From positions 12,976-76,975 of the forward strand of contig DXER01000081.1 of NCBI GenBank assembly GCA_019114805.1: 64,000 nucleotides of DNA. Reading direction: 5' to 3'. The notes beneath the pieces were generated by a model, which had not been told where the DNA came from, made no database searches, and was given only the letters and a program-made list of their open reading frames with translations. Below, one piece after another: positions 40,784 through 50,526 of the stretch. The number at the start of each line of letters is the position of its first letter. Within the stretch, counting starts at the first letter, position 1. The stretch is from Candidatus Megamonas gallistercoris (GTDB lineage Bacteria; Bacillota; Negativicutes; Selenomonadales; Selenomonadaceae). The position numbers and the translations under genes were made by a program.

Positions 40784-43012
40784 TTAATATTTTTTATAGA
40801 GAATTCTAATGGAATTTAAAATACAGAGCATAGCAACGCCGGTATCAGCAAAAACGGCTGCCCACATGGAAGCGTATCCCATAAGACCGAAAAGCATGAT
40901 TAATATTTTGACGGCAATGGCAAATACGACATTCTGCCAGGCAATTTTGAGCGTATCGCGGGAAATGTTTATTGCCTGTAATATGGAGTGGACTTTGGAA
41001 TTCATGAATACGACGTCGGCTGCTTCGATGGCGGCATCGGCGCCGGTTCCCATAGCAGCTCCGACATCGGCTCCGGCAAGTATCGGAGCGTCGTTTATTC
41101 CGTCGCCTACGAAAAATACATTGCCGTGTTCACGGCGAAGTTCGGACAGTTTTTCCAGTTTATCTTCTGGTAAAAGGCGGGCGTGGACTTTATCGATGCC
41201 GATTTGACCGGCTACGGCATGAGCGGTGGTTTCATTGTCGCCCGTGAGCATTGCTGTTGTAAGACCGAGTGATTTTAATTTCTGAATAGTTGATTTGGCG
41301 TCATTTTTGATTGTGTCGCCGATGATTAAAACACCGGCGTATTCGTTATCAATAGCGACGAATATTTCCGTGCCTGAATTATTTGGTATATTTTCCGGCA
41401 ATATGATATTAAAACGGTTCATCAAGCGTTTATTGCCGCAAAGAATAATACTGTCATTTATTTTGCATACAAGACCTTCGCCGGCTATTTCCTTATTTTC
41501 TGTTGCCTGTTCAAGTTCAATCTGTTTGTTTCTGGCTTCATTTACAATACTATTGGCAATGGGATGAGTGGAAAATTTTTCAGCACTGGCACAGTAGGCG
41601 AGCAGTTCTTTTGCCGAATATTTTTCTGCAGGCTGGATTTCTTTTACCTTAAAACTGCCCTCGGTAATTGTACCTGTTTTATCCATGACAATCGTTCTAA
41701 TATTTTTCAATGCTTCAATGGCAAGACCGCCTTTAAACAGTATACCCTGACGGGAAGCGTTGCCGATACCGGAGAAGAAGGCAAGCGGTACGCTCAGGAC
41801 AAGTGCGCACGGACAACTGATGACGAGAAAGGTAAGAGCTGTATAAACCCAGTAATCCCAGTTACCCGTTATAAGCGACGGTACAATAGCGGTAAAAGCG
41901 GCGACGGCTACTACAATCGGTGTGTAGACGCGGGCAAAACGAGTTATAAAGCGGTCGATTTTCGGTTTGCTGGCAGCGGCATTTTCTACCGATTGCAGAA
42001 TGCGGGAGACCATAGATTCGGAAAGCGGTTTATCTACGCGCATTTTAATTACACCGGAAATATTGAGGCAGCCGGAAGTTACTGCGCTGTTCGGCACAAT
42101 TTTTATCGGTACAGGCTCACCTGTAACAGGTGAAGTATCGAGGCGGCTTTCGCCTTCGACAACTGTTCCGTCAACTGGAATTCTGTCGCCGGCACGGACA
42201 AGAATTATATCGCTGACTTTAGCGTCATGCGCCGGAATGGAAACGGTAGAATTGTTTTTTACAAGATTTACCGTTTCAGGCCGCAGGTCGACAGCTTCCA
42301 TAATCTGACTGCGACTTCTTTCCGTAGCACGTTCTTCAAAATATTCGCCGATGCGGTAAAAGAGCATAACGCCGACAGCTTCAGGATATTCCGAGATGGC
42401 AAAAGCACCGAGTGTGGCAATGCTCATTAGGAAATTTTCATCAAAAACATTGCCGCGGAAAAGATTGGTAGCAGCTGTTTTTACGATTTTCCAGCCGAGA
42501 ATTAGATATGCGATGATAAATAAATATAAAGAATATTTATCTGGAACGAGAGATGTAAATTCGCCGATAATAAACAAAAGAGCACCGATGACTATTTCAG
42601 CTACTGCAAGAGTTTTTTTGCTATTGAAATGACCGGCCCGTTCAGCTGCAGTATTGTTTGCCTCCAAGCGGGGAAGAATAACAGTGCCGGGTTCTATACT
42701 GTCAGCGATTTTGCGCATGGCAGGCAGAAGCTCGTCAGGATTTTTGGCTGTGATTTTTAATTGTTTGGTGGCAAATGTAAGCGTAGCATCATGAATTTCC
42801 GCCATTTCGTTCAGTTTATGTTCGATTTTGGCGGCACAGTTGGCGCAGTCGATATTATCAATAATATAAGTTTTTTGTTTAAATCCTTCGGGAATTTTGC
42901 CGGAAAATTCATGGTGGTGATGAATTCCTTCATGCTCATGGTGATGTTCATGCGAGTGATGGTGAGAATGTTTGTCGTGAGAATGGTTTGATATTGTATC
43001 GGAAGTAGTCAT
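40784..43012 (-). CDS. cadA: Heavy-metal (Cd/Zn/Co) P1B-type ATPase
   Basis: His-rich N-terminus, CANC HMA domain, TGE, SCPC, DKTGT, GDGIND. Confidence 0.93.
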   Translation of the reverse strand: MTTSDTISNHSHDKHSHHHSHEHHHEHEGIHHHHEFSGKIPEGFKQKTYIIDNIDCANCAAKIEHKLNEMAEIHDATLTFATKQLKITAKNPDELLPAMRKIADSIEPGTVILPRLEANNTAAERAGHFNSKKTLAVAEIVIGALLFIIGEFTSLVPDKYSLYLFIIAYLILGWKIVKTAATNLFRGNVFDENFLMSIATLGAFAISEYPEAVGVMLFYRIGEYFEERATERSRSQIMEAVDLRPETVNLVKNNSTVSIPAHDAKVSDIILVRAGDRIPVDGTVVEGESRLDTSPVTGEPVPIKIVPNSAVTSGCLNISGVIKMRVDKPLSESMVSRILQSVENAAASKPKIDRFITRFARVYTPIVVAVAAFTAIVPSLITGNWDYWVYTALTFLVISCPCALVLSVPLAFFSGIGNASRQGILFKGGLAIEALKNIRTIVMDKTGTITEGSFKVKEIQPAEKYSAKELLAYCASAEKFSTHPIANSIVNEARNKQIELEQATENKEIAGEGLVCKINDSIILCGNKRLMNRFNIILPENIPNNSGTEIFVAIDNEYAGVLIIGDTIKNDAKSTIQKLKSLGLTTAMLTGDNETTAHAVAGQIGIDKVHARLLPEDKLEKLSELRREHGNVFFVGDGINDAPILAGADVGAAMGTGADAAIEAADVVFMNSKVHSILQAINISRDTLKIAWQNVVFAIAVKILIMLFGLMGYASMWAAVFADTGVAMLCILNSIRILYKKY

Positions 43013-43078
43013 GATAAGCCCTCTTTTCCTGATTTTATCATTGTTTTATATACCTGTAGAAGTATTTATTTTTCACTT

Positions 43079-43109
43079 AAAGTATACCCTATGGGGTATA
43101 CTTTGTCAA
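43079..43109 (-). promoter_or_regulatory. ATPase promoter overlapped by CsoR/RcnR-type operator
   Basis: AAAGTATACCC-TATG-GGGTATACTTT palindrome inside minus-strand TTGACA-17-TATACT. Confidence 0.8.
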
Positions 43110-43183
43110 TAATGAATATCAATAAAGGAAAAATTTTATAAAAAGAATAATTTGCGATAAAATAATACATAGAGGTGATTGTA

Positions 43184-43771
43184 ATGGATAAAATCAGATT
43201 TCGTTTAGCTGGTGCAGACGATGCGGAAAAATTGTTGGAAGTTTATGCTCCGTATGTGGAAAATACGAATATTTCCTTTGAATGTGAAGTGCCTACAGTG
43301 GAAGAATTTAAACAGCGCATTGAAAAGATAAGTGCAAAATTTCCTTATATTGTTGCGTTGATAAATGATGAAATTGTCGGTTATGCGTATGCGTCAACTT
43401 TCAGGACGAAAGCAGCATATGACAGAAGTTTGGAAGTAACAATTTATATCAAGAAAAATTTTCACAGATGCGGTATCGGCAGAAAGCTGTATAAAATTCT
43501 GGAAGATTTACTGAAAATGCAAAATATAACTAATCTGTATGCAAGTATCACATATCCTAATCTCAAAAGTATGAAGTTCCACGAAAAAATGGGATATGTG
43601 AAAATGGCTCATTTTAACAGGTGCGGATACAAAAGAGGAACATGGCTTGATATGATTTTTTTGGAAAAAATTATAAATAAACATATTCTTCCGGCTAAGA
43701 AAATTATTTATATAACAGAGTTGCCGCAGGAAAAAATAGACGGCGTTTTAAATAAATATGATGAGATGTAA
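43184..43771 (+). CDS. GNAT N-acetyltransferase (YncA/MnaT-like)
   Basis: ISFE.EVPT, GYAYAS..R.KAAY, FHEKMGY, GYK.G.WLD. Confidence 0.88.
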   Translation: MDKIRFRLAGADDAEKLLEVYAPYVENTNISFECEVPTVEEFKQRIEKISAKFPYIVALINDEIVGYAYASTFRTKAAYDRSLEVTIYIKKNFHRCGIGRKLYKILEDLLKMQNITNLYASITYPNLKSMKFHEKMGYVKMAHFNRCGYKRGTWLDMIFLEKIINKHILPAKKIIYITELPQEKIDGVLNKYDEM

Positions 43772-43829
43772 AATGATTAACCTGTTGCAGGATTGAGTCA
43801 TAATGCCTATAATATTATTATGTTAATTT

Positions 43830-43980
43830 CATAAAGACAGGTGCGAAAGCTTAATAAGGAAACCGGAGAGCCGGTACGGTCCCGCCACTGTATGGGGAGC
43901 CTGCTTCAATTATGTCACTGGATTTTGTCTGGGAAGGCGAGGCAGAGCGATGAACCTAAGTCAGGAGAATTGCCTGTTGG
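43830..43980 (+). ncRNA. Cobalamin riboswitch
   Basis: ACAGGTGC...AAGGAAACCGG, CCCGCCACTGT, CACTG...GGGAAGG, B12 box AGTCAGGAGA.TTGCCTGT; upstream of cbi operon. Confidence 0.9.
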
Positions 43981-44247
43981 AAAAACACCGTGAAAATTTG
44001 TATTATGATTTATTCGGCTGGTAATATATGTGTTTGTATCAGCAGTACAATGCTTTATATTCATTCGATGTAGTGGTGTAACTTCATTAAATATAAAGTA
44101 TTGTACTGATTAGAAAATCAGCTGGCATAGCAGATGTTGTATACGGATTTTCAGACTCACGAGAGATGGGCAGGTGGATAAATATTTTTACGTTGATGTA
44201 ATTTGATGTGGAAATAGTGTATCTTCCTGCATAAGGGAGATTTTTTT

Positions 44248-45354
44248 ATGCGCAAAGAAATGAAAAGCGGATATACGACCGGTTCATGTGCGGCGGCAGG
44301 AACGAAGGCAGCGCTTCTTGCTTTGCAGGGAAATGTCGTTAAGGAAGTTGAACTGCATGCTTTAAGCGGTGAACTGCTGCATATTCCTATTGAAAGTGTA
44401 GAATTTACGGCAGACGGCGCAAAGGCGGAAGTGATTAAAGATGGCGGTGATGACCCGGATATTACGCATGGCGCGTCTGTATTCACGGAGGTAGTTATAA
44501 ATCCGCAAAGTAAAACAGTGAATTTTCATGCAGGGCTGGGCATAGGAATTGTAACGCAGCCAGGTCTTTCCGTAGAACCGGGACAGCCGGCCATAAATCC
44601 GGGACCGCGTAAAATGATGACGCAGGTTGTACAGGAGCTTTTGCCGCAAGGCTGCGGCTGCGATATTACGGTTTCTATTCCGAAAGGCATAGAATTGGCG
44701 AAAAAGACTTTAAATCCGATTTTAGGAATTGAAGGCGGTATATCTGTTATCGGCACGACTGGAATTGTACGTCCTATGTCGGAAGAAGGGTTTAAGAACT
44801 CACTTACACCGCAGATTTCTGTAGCGAAAGCTAATGGCTATAATGATATTGTATTTGTGCCGGGCAAAATCGGTGAAAATATCGCTAAAGCGTTATCGTT
44901 ACCGTCTAAAGCATTAATTCAGACGAGTAATTTTATCGGTCATATGCTGGAATTCGCCGTTGATGAAGAGATAAAATCGGTACTTTTGTTCGGGCATCTC
45001 GGAAAACTCGTAAAAGTAGCCGGAGGAATTTTTTATACACACAGCAAGATTGCCGATGCAAGATTGGAAATAATGGCTTCGTATGCGGCAATGCTCGGAA
45101 TGGATAGTACCGGTGTGAAAGAAATTTTCAGCGTAAAAACGACGGAGGCGGCTATGCCGATTATTGAAAAATACGGTTTGGTGGAGAAGGGCTATTATGA
45201 TTTGCTGGCACAAAGAGCAAGCCTGCGCAGTCAGCAGCATGTGTTTAATGCTTTTACCGTTGGAACTGTTATTGTAACGCTGAAAGGCGAGATTTTAGGC
45301 ATGGATGATAATGCAAAACAAATAGGTGGTAGATTGGGTTGGAATTTAAAATAA
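44248..45354 (+). CDS. cbiD: Cobalt-precorrin-5B C1-methyltransferase
   Basis: GYTTGSCAAA, KDGGDDPDITHG, AINPGPR, GGISVIGTTG. Confidence 0.96.
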   Translation: MRKEMKSGYTTGSCAAAGTKAALLALQGNVVKEVELHALSGELLHIPIESVEFTADGAKAEVIKDGGDDPDITHGASVFTEVVINPQSKTVNFHAGLGIGIVTQPGLSVEPGQPAINPGPRKMMTQVVQELLPQGCGCDITVSIPKGIELAKKTLNPILGIEGGISVIGTTGIVRPMSEEGFKNSLTPQISVAKANGYNDIVFVPGKIGENIAKALSLPSKALIQTSNFIGHMLEFAVDEEIKSVLLFGHLGKLVKVAGGIFYTHSKIADARLEIMASYAAMLGMDSTGVKEIFSVKTTEAAMPIIEKYGLVEKGYYDLLAQRASLRSQQHVFNAFTVGTVIVTLKGEILGMDDNAKQIGGRLGWNLK

Positions 45355-45965
45355 TCGTAGTCGGCATCGGACCGGGAGCAAAAGAATATGTAGTGCCGAA
45401 AGCTTTGAATGTTATTGAAAATGCTAAAGTTTTAGTCGGCGGCAGTAGGGCTTTGAACGATTTTGCCAATGCCGGACAGAAAACTTTTGCTGTAAAAGCT
45501 GACATTGGTGCAGTAATGGCGTTTATTAAAACGGAATTGCAGCAAAGCGATGTGGTAGTAATGGTATCAGGCGACCCGGGATATTATTCACTGCTTAGTT
45601 CCTTGCGGCGCAGTTTTCCTGTGGAAAGGATACAAGTTATACCGGGGCTCAGTTCCGTGCAGGTGGCTTTTGCCAAAATTGCTTTGCCGTGGCAAAGTGC
45701 AGATTTACTCAGTTTTCATGGCAGAGTGCCCAGTGATGAAGAATTAATTTATTATAAAGGGAAAATCATCGGCATGCTTACGGATAATAAGTTTAATTCA
45801 GGCAAGATAGCAGCATATCTGATAGAGCGTGGTTGGGATAAAAATGCCAAAGCGTATATTTGTTCTCGGTTATCTTATCCGGATGAAAAAATTGTTTGCA
45901 TACCATTAGAAAGAGCGCAAATAGAGGAAGTAGCCTCGCATTGCGTGATGATTGTGGAAGGCTGA
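45339..45965 (+). CDS. cbiE: Cobalt-precorrin-7 C5-methyltransferase
   Basis: VVGIGPG, SGDPGYY, IPGLSSVQ, SFHGR. Confidence 0.92.
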   Translation: MEFKIIVVGIGPGAKEYVVPKALNVIENAKVLVGGSRALNDFANAGQKTFAVKADIGAVMAFIKTELQQSDVVVMVSGDPGYYSLLSSLRRSFPVERIQVIPGLSSVQVAFAKIALPWQSADLLSFHGRVPSDEELIYYKGKIIGMLTDNKFNSGKIAAYLIERGWDKNAKAYICSRLSYPDEKIVCIPLERAQIEEVASHCVMIVEG

Positions 45966-45979
45966 AAGAAGGTGAAGAT

Positions 45980-46567
45980 TTGAATTTACCGGGAATAAGT
46001 GATGATTTGTTTATTCGTGATAAAGTGCCAATGACAAAGGAAGAAATCCGTATTTTGACGATGTGCAAGGCAAAAATCCGTCCGAACAGTATTGTTTGGG
46101 ATATCGGTGCCGGTACGGGGTCATTATCGATTGAAGCGGCACTTTTGGCAGTACAGGGAAAAGTTTATGCCGTAGAGAAAAAGGATTTGGCAATAGAACT
46201 TTTGCATAAAAATATAGCAAAGTTCAATTTAAAAGATAAAATAGAAGTGATTGCGTCTGAAGCTCCGCAGGGATTGGATAATTTGCCGGGCTGCGATGTC
46301 GTATTTATCGGCGGCAGCGGAAAGCACATGTTTGAAATTCTGGATGTAATTGATATAAAATTGCGAGCGGGGGGCAGAATTGTTGTAAATGCCGTAACGG
46401 TTCAGACAATAGCACAGATTATTGAATATATGTCGCAAAAGGAAAATTATACGTATGAAGCGGTGCAGGTACAGGTGAACCGTTTGCGCAAAGTAGGTTC
46501 ATACGATATGTTCAATGCGCAAAATCCTGTATATATCGTTACCTGTAAGAAAGGGGATAAAAATTGA
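45980..46567 (+). CDS. cbiT: Cobalt-precorrin-6B C15-methyltransferase (decarboxylating)
   Basis: PMTKEEIR, WDIGAGTGS.SIE, VFIGGS; TTG start. Confidence 0.93.
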   Translation: MNLPGISDDLFIRDKVPMTKEEIRILTMCKAKIRPNSIVWDIGAGTGSLSIEAALLAVQGKVYAVEKKDLAIELLHKNIAKFNLKDKIEVIASEAPQGLDNLPGCDVVFIGGSGKHMFEILDVIDIKLRAGGRIVVNAVTVQTIAQIIEYMSQKENYTYEAVQVQVNRLRKVGSYDMFNAQNPVYIVTCKKGDKN

Positions 46568-47325
46568 TGGTTTATATTGTAGGAGCAGGTCCGGGAGACC
46601 CGGAACTGATTACAGTCAAAGGACAGAGATTATTAAAAGAGGCTGATGTGATTATTTATGCCGGTTCGCTCGTTAATCCGGCACTGCTTGATTATGCAAA
46701 AGCAGAATGTGAAATTTATAACAGTGCTTCGATGACACTTGGTGATGTAATTGAAACAATTACATCTGCCGTAAATGAAGGGAAAATGGTAGTGCGTCTG
46801 CATACGGGTGACCCGGCGATTTATGGTGCTATTCAGGAGCAGATGGATGAACTTTCCCGCCGCAAAATCGAATATACCGTCGTACCGGGTGTAAGTTCAT
46901 TTTTAGCGACGGCGGCGGCACTTAAACAGGAATATACTTTGCCGGAAATTTCCCAGACCGTGATTATCACACGAAATGAAGGCAGAACTCCTGTACCGGA
47001 AAAGGAAAAACTGAAATCATTGGCTTCACATCAGGCTACTATGTGTATTTTCTTAAGCGTACATATGATTTCTGATGTAGTTGAGCAGCTAATTGAAGGC
47101 GGTTATGATAAAACGACACCGATTGCTATTGTGCAGAAAGCTTCATGGCCGGAACAGAAAATTGTACGCGGTACTTTGGCAACAATTGCCGATATTGTGA
47201 AAGAAAATAATATCTCCCGTACGGCAATGATTGTTGTTGGTAAATGTCTGGATACAGAATATGCCAAATCACGTCTGTATGCGCCGGAGTTCAGTCATAT
47301 GTACCGGCAGGGCACGGAAAAATAA
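46567..47325 (+). CDS. cbiF: Cobalt-precorrin-4 C11-methyltransferase
   Basis: GAGPGDPELITVKG, YAGSLV, RLHTGDP, SRLY. Confidence 0.96.
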   Translation: MVYIVGAGPGDPELITVKGQRLLKEADVIIYAGSLVNPALLDYAKAECEIYNSASMTLGDVIETITSAVNEGKMVVRLHTGDPAIYGAIQEQMDELSRRKIEYTVVPGVSSFLATAAALKQEYTLPEISQTVIITRNEGRTPVPEKEKLKSLASHQATMCIFLSVHMISDVVEQLIEGGYDKTTPIAIVQKASWPEQKIVRGTLATIADIVKENNISRTAMIVVGKCLDTEYAKSRLYAPEFSHMYRQGTEK

Positions 47326-48377
47326 TGAAGTGTGCACTTATTGCCGTAACAAAAAACGGTGCTAAGCTGGCTGAAAAATTACGGCATAATTTACAAAGCT
47401 GTGATATTTATGTAAAAGAAGGACGACACAATCTGTCGTTCTTCACGGCGGAGTTTGATAAACTGCGTGATTTGATTGCCCGGATTTTTTATCAGTATGA
47501 CGTGATAGTTTTTTTTTCGTCGACAGGAATTGCTGTGCGCATGATTGCACCGTATATCGTGCATAAAGCAAAGGACCCAGCTGTTATCGTAGTGGATGAG
47601 CAGGCGTATTTTGCAGTAAGCCTGCTGTCGGGACATCTGGGCGGCGCAAATGAATTTACGCAAAAAGTTGCTGGGACATTACAGGCTGTGCCGGTTATTA
47701 CAACGGCGACGGATATAAATAATTTGACGGCACCGGATGTGATTGCTCAAAAACTGCAGCTTGTTCCTTTTCCGTTTGCACATATAAAAATTGTAAATTC
47801 AGCGCTCGTTGCCGGTGTAAATCTTCCTTATTATGTAGAAGAAAATTGGCAGAGTGCTGATGAGTATGTAAATATTTTACGGCAGTATAATATTGAAGCA
47901 AGGAAAATCACAGCGAAAAAAATGAATTTGAGTTTTACGCCGTGTGTATTGATTTCACCGCAGCGACGAATTATGACGAATGTTTTGATATTGACACCGC
48001 GCCGCCTGATTGCAGGTATCGGCTGTCGCAGAGATGTTGATAAGTGTCTGATAGAAAAAGCGGTTATGCAGGCAAAACAGATGGCTGGCTGTGAAAATCT
48101 GGCAGTAAAAAATCTTGTTTCTACTGTAGTAAAGGAAAATGAAGCGGGATTGATTGATTGGGCAGAAGAAAATAGAGTGCGAACACATTTTTTTGCTAAT
48201 GAAATTATGCAGAAAATGATAGAAAAGTACAATTTGCAACAATCCGCATTTGTACAAAAACAGATAGGTATCGGCAATGTCTGTGAAGCAGCGATATTGT
48301 CGTATAATGAACGGGCAAAAATAATATTGCCAAAAACAAAATTTGAGAAAGTGACGGTATCTTTAGCATGGGAATAA
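47325..48377 (+). CDS. cbiG: Cobalt-precorrin-5A hydrolase
   Basis: GIAVRMIAP...K.KDPAV, LLSGHLGGAN, VITTATD, GIGCRR. Confidence 0.93.
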   Translation: MKCALIAVTKNGAKLAEKLRHNLQSCDIYVKEGRHNLSFFTAEFDKLRDLIARIFYQYDVIVFFSSTGIAVRMIAPYIVHKAKDPAVIVVDEQAYFAVSLLSGHLGGANEFTQKVAGTLQAVPVITTATDINNLTAPDVIAQKLQLVPFPFAHIKIVNSALVAGVNLPYYVEENWQSADEYVNILRQYNIEARKITAKKMNLSFTPCVLISPQRRIMTNVLILTPRRLIAGIGCRRDVDKCLIEKAVMQAKQMAGCENLAVKNLVSTVVKENEAGLIDWAEENRVRTHFFANEIMQKMIEKYNLQQSAFVQKQIGIGNVCEAAILSYNERAKIILPKTKFEKVTVSLAWE

Positions 48378-49105
48378 TTAAAGTAGTAGGCATAGGACCT
48401 GGCGGTAAGGATGATATGACGCCGCGCGCCCTGAATGCAATTCAGTCGTCTGATACAGTGGCAGGCTATAATACGTATATAAAATTAATAAATTATCTTT
48501 TGGAAGGAAAAAATGTTATAGGCACAGGTATGATGCAGGAAATCGACCGTTGCAAAATGGCACTTGCTGAAGCAGTAAAGGGTCATAATGTGGCTGTCGT
48601 ATCGAGCGGGGATTCCGGTGTATACGGTATGGCGGGGCTTATTTTGGAATTATTGTTAAAAATGCCGCGCGGAGACCGCCCTCAGGTGGAAATCGTAGCG
48701 GGTCTTAGTGCTGTAAATGCAGCAGCGGCAGTTCTCGGTGCACCGCTCATGCATGATTTTGCCGTAATCAGTCTGAGTGATTTGCTTACGCCGTGGGATT
48801 TAATCAAGAAACGTGCTGAACTTGCAGCTCAAGGAGATTTCGTAATCGGACTGTACAATCCGAAAAGCCATAAGCGGGTTCAGCATATTGAAGAAATACG
48901 TGAAATCATGCTTAAATACAAAGACCCGAAAACACCGGTCGGCATCGTAAACAGTGCCAGCCGTGAAAATGAAACGTATGTTATTTCCGACTTGGAAAAT
49001 TTCACAAAAGAGGAAATCAATATGTTTTCACTTGTAATAATCGGCAATAGTAAAACATTTACCAAAGATGGCTTTATGGTAACGCCTAGAGGTTATGAAG
49101 TATGA
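48368..49105 (+). CDS. cbiH: Precorrin-3B C17-methyltransferase
   Basis: SSGDSGVYGMAG, GAPLMHDF..ISLSDLLTPW, TPRGY. Confidence 0.96.
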   Translation: MGIIKVVGIGPGGKDDMTPRALNAIQSSDTVAGYNTYIKLINYLLEGKNVIGTGMMQEIDRCKMALAEAVKGHNVAVVSSGDSGVYGMAGLILELLLKMPRGDRPQVEIVAGLSAVNAAAAVLGAPLMHDFAVISLSDLLTPWDLIKKRAELAAQGDFVIGLYNPKSHKRVQHIEEIREIMLKYKDPKTPVGIVNSASRENETYVISDLENFTKEEINMFSLVIIGNSKTFTKDGFMVTPRGYEV

Positions 49106-49869
49106 TATTCGTAGCTTCGGGAACGCAGGACGGCAGGGGATTGGTAAAATGTCTGCTTGACGAAAATTATAAAATCATGGCTTCCGTTGTAACTGATTAC
49201 GGTAAAAATCTGCTGCCGCAGCATGAAAATCTGATAATTAACGACCATAAGCTTGATGAAAAGGCAATGCAGAAATGTTTAGAAGAAAATAACATCAAAG
49301 TATTTGTAGATGCAACGCATCCTTATGCCGTAAATGTATCACAGACAGCAATGCAGGTATGTCAAAAACTTGCCGTTCCGTATATCCGTTATGAGCGGGA
49401 AGTTACACCGCTGCCGGAGTATGAAAAACTTCATCTGGTGAAAACGTATGAAGAAGCGGCCGGGCTTTCCGTGCAGTTGGGAAAAAATATTTTTCTGACG
49501 ACGGGCAGTAATCGTCTGGAGCTGTTTGCACAGACGGCGAAAGAAGCTGGTTGCCATGTTACGGCGCGTGTGCTTCCGGCAGTGGCTTCGTTGGAAATTT
49601 GTACTAAATCAGGCATATTGCCACGTGATATTGTGGCGTTGCAGGGGCCTTTTTCAGAAGAGCTTAATATGGCACTGTATGAAAAATATAAAGCGGATGT
49701 CGTAGTTATGAAAAACAGCGGCACTCTAGGCGGTACGGAAACGAAACTGACAGCGGCGATTAAAATGAATTTGCCAATAGTTTTGATTGACAGGCCGCGT
49801 CTTAAATATATAAATATGGTACATGATTATAAAAGTATAATCGATTTTGTAAAACAATATGAAAAATGA
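49102..49869 (+). CDS. cbiJ: Cobalt-precorrin-6A reductase
   Basis: GTQDGR, DATHPYA, FLTTGS, QGPFS, KNSG. Confidence 0.94.
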   Translation: MIFVASGTQDGRGLVKCLLDENYKIMASVVTDYGKNLLPQHENLIINDHKLDEKAMQKCLEENNIKVFVDATHPYAVNVSQTAMQVCQKLAVPYIRYEREVTPLPEYEKLHLVKTYEEAAGLSVQLGKNIFLTTGSNRLELFAQTAKEAGCHVTARVLPAVASLEICTKSGILPRDIVALQGPFSEELNMALYEKYKADVVVMKNSGTLGGTETKLTAAIKMNLPIVLIDRPRLKYINMVHDYKSIIDFVKQYEK

Positions 49870-49880
49870 GGTGAAAATAA

Positions 49881-50516
49881 ATGGATTATATTAAAGACCC
49901 GATGGCTATTGAAATTCGCAGTTTTGAAATAATTAAACCGTATATTGAAAAATTGAATTTAGATGAGGCACAGACGAAAATTTATTCACGTATTATTCAT
50001 GCGTCCGGTGATGTGGATTATGCACCGCTTATTCATATTCATAAAGATGTTATAGAAGCGATGAAAAAAGCACTTCTTTCCGGTTGCAAGATTTACACTG
50101 ATGTGGAAATGGTGCGTACCGGTATCAATAAACGCAAACTGGCTGCATGGGGCGGAAGTGTGGAATGTAAAATTGCCGACGGTGAAATTGCAAAGTATGC
50201 TAAAGAAAATGGTGTTACACGTTCCATTGCGGCAATGCGCCATTTCGGAAAAGATTTAAACGGTGCAATCGTAGCAATCGGCAATGCGCCGACGGCACTG
50301 TTTGAAGTGATACGTCTGATGAATGAAGAAAATATCCGTCCGGCGGCAATCATCGGCACTCCTGTCGGTTTTGTCGGCGCAGCGGAGTCAAAGGATTTGC
50401 TGATTAAAGAATCAAAAGTACCGTATATTACCGTGACCGGTACAAAAGGCGGCAGTCCTATCGCGGCATCTTGTATCAATGCAGTAATGTATCTTATTGA
50501 CAATACGCGTATTTAA
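49881..50516 (+). CDS. cbiC: Cobalt-precorrin-8 methylmutase
   Basis: IE.RSF, RIIHA, IGNAPTAL, PVGFVGAAESK. Confidence 0.96.
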   Translation: MDYIKDPMAIEIRSFEIIKPYIEKLNLDEAQTKIYSRIIHASGDVDYAPLIHIHKDVIEAMKKALLSGCKIYTDVEMVRTGINKRKLAAWGGSVECKIADGEIAKYAKENGVTRSIAAMRHFGKDLNGAIVAIGNAPTALFEVIRLMNEENIRPAAIIGTPVGFVGAAESKDLLIKESKVPYITVTGTKGGSPIAASCINAVMYLIDNTRI

Positions 50517-50526
50517 GGTGATTGGC

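Noticed and set aside
42905-42990. CAT/CAC-rich low-complexity stretch
   Set aside because: Encodes the His-rich metal-binding N-terminus of the P1B ATPase; not a DNA repeat element
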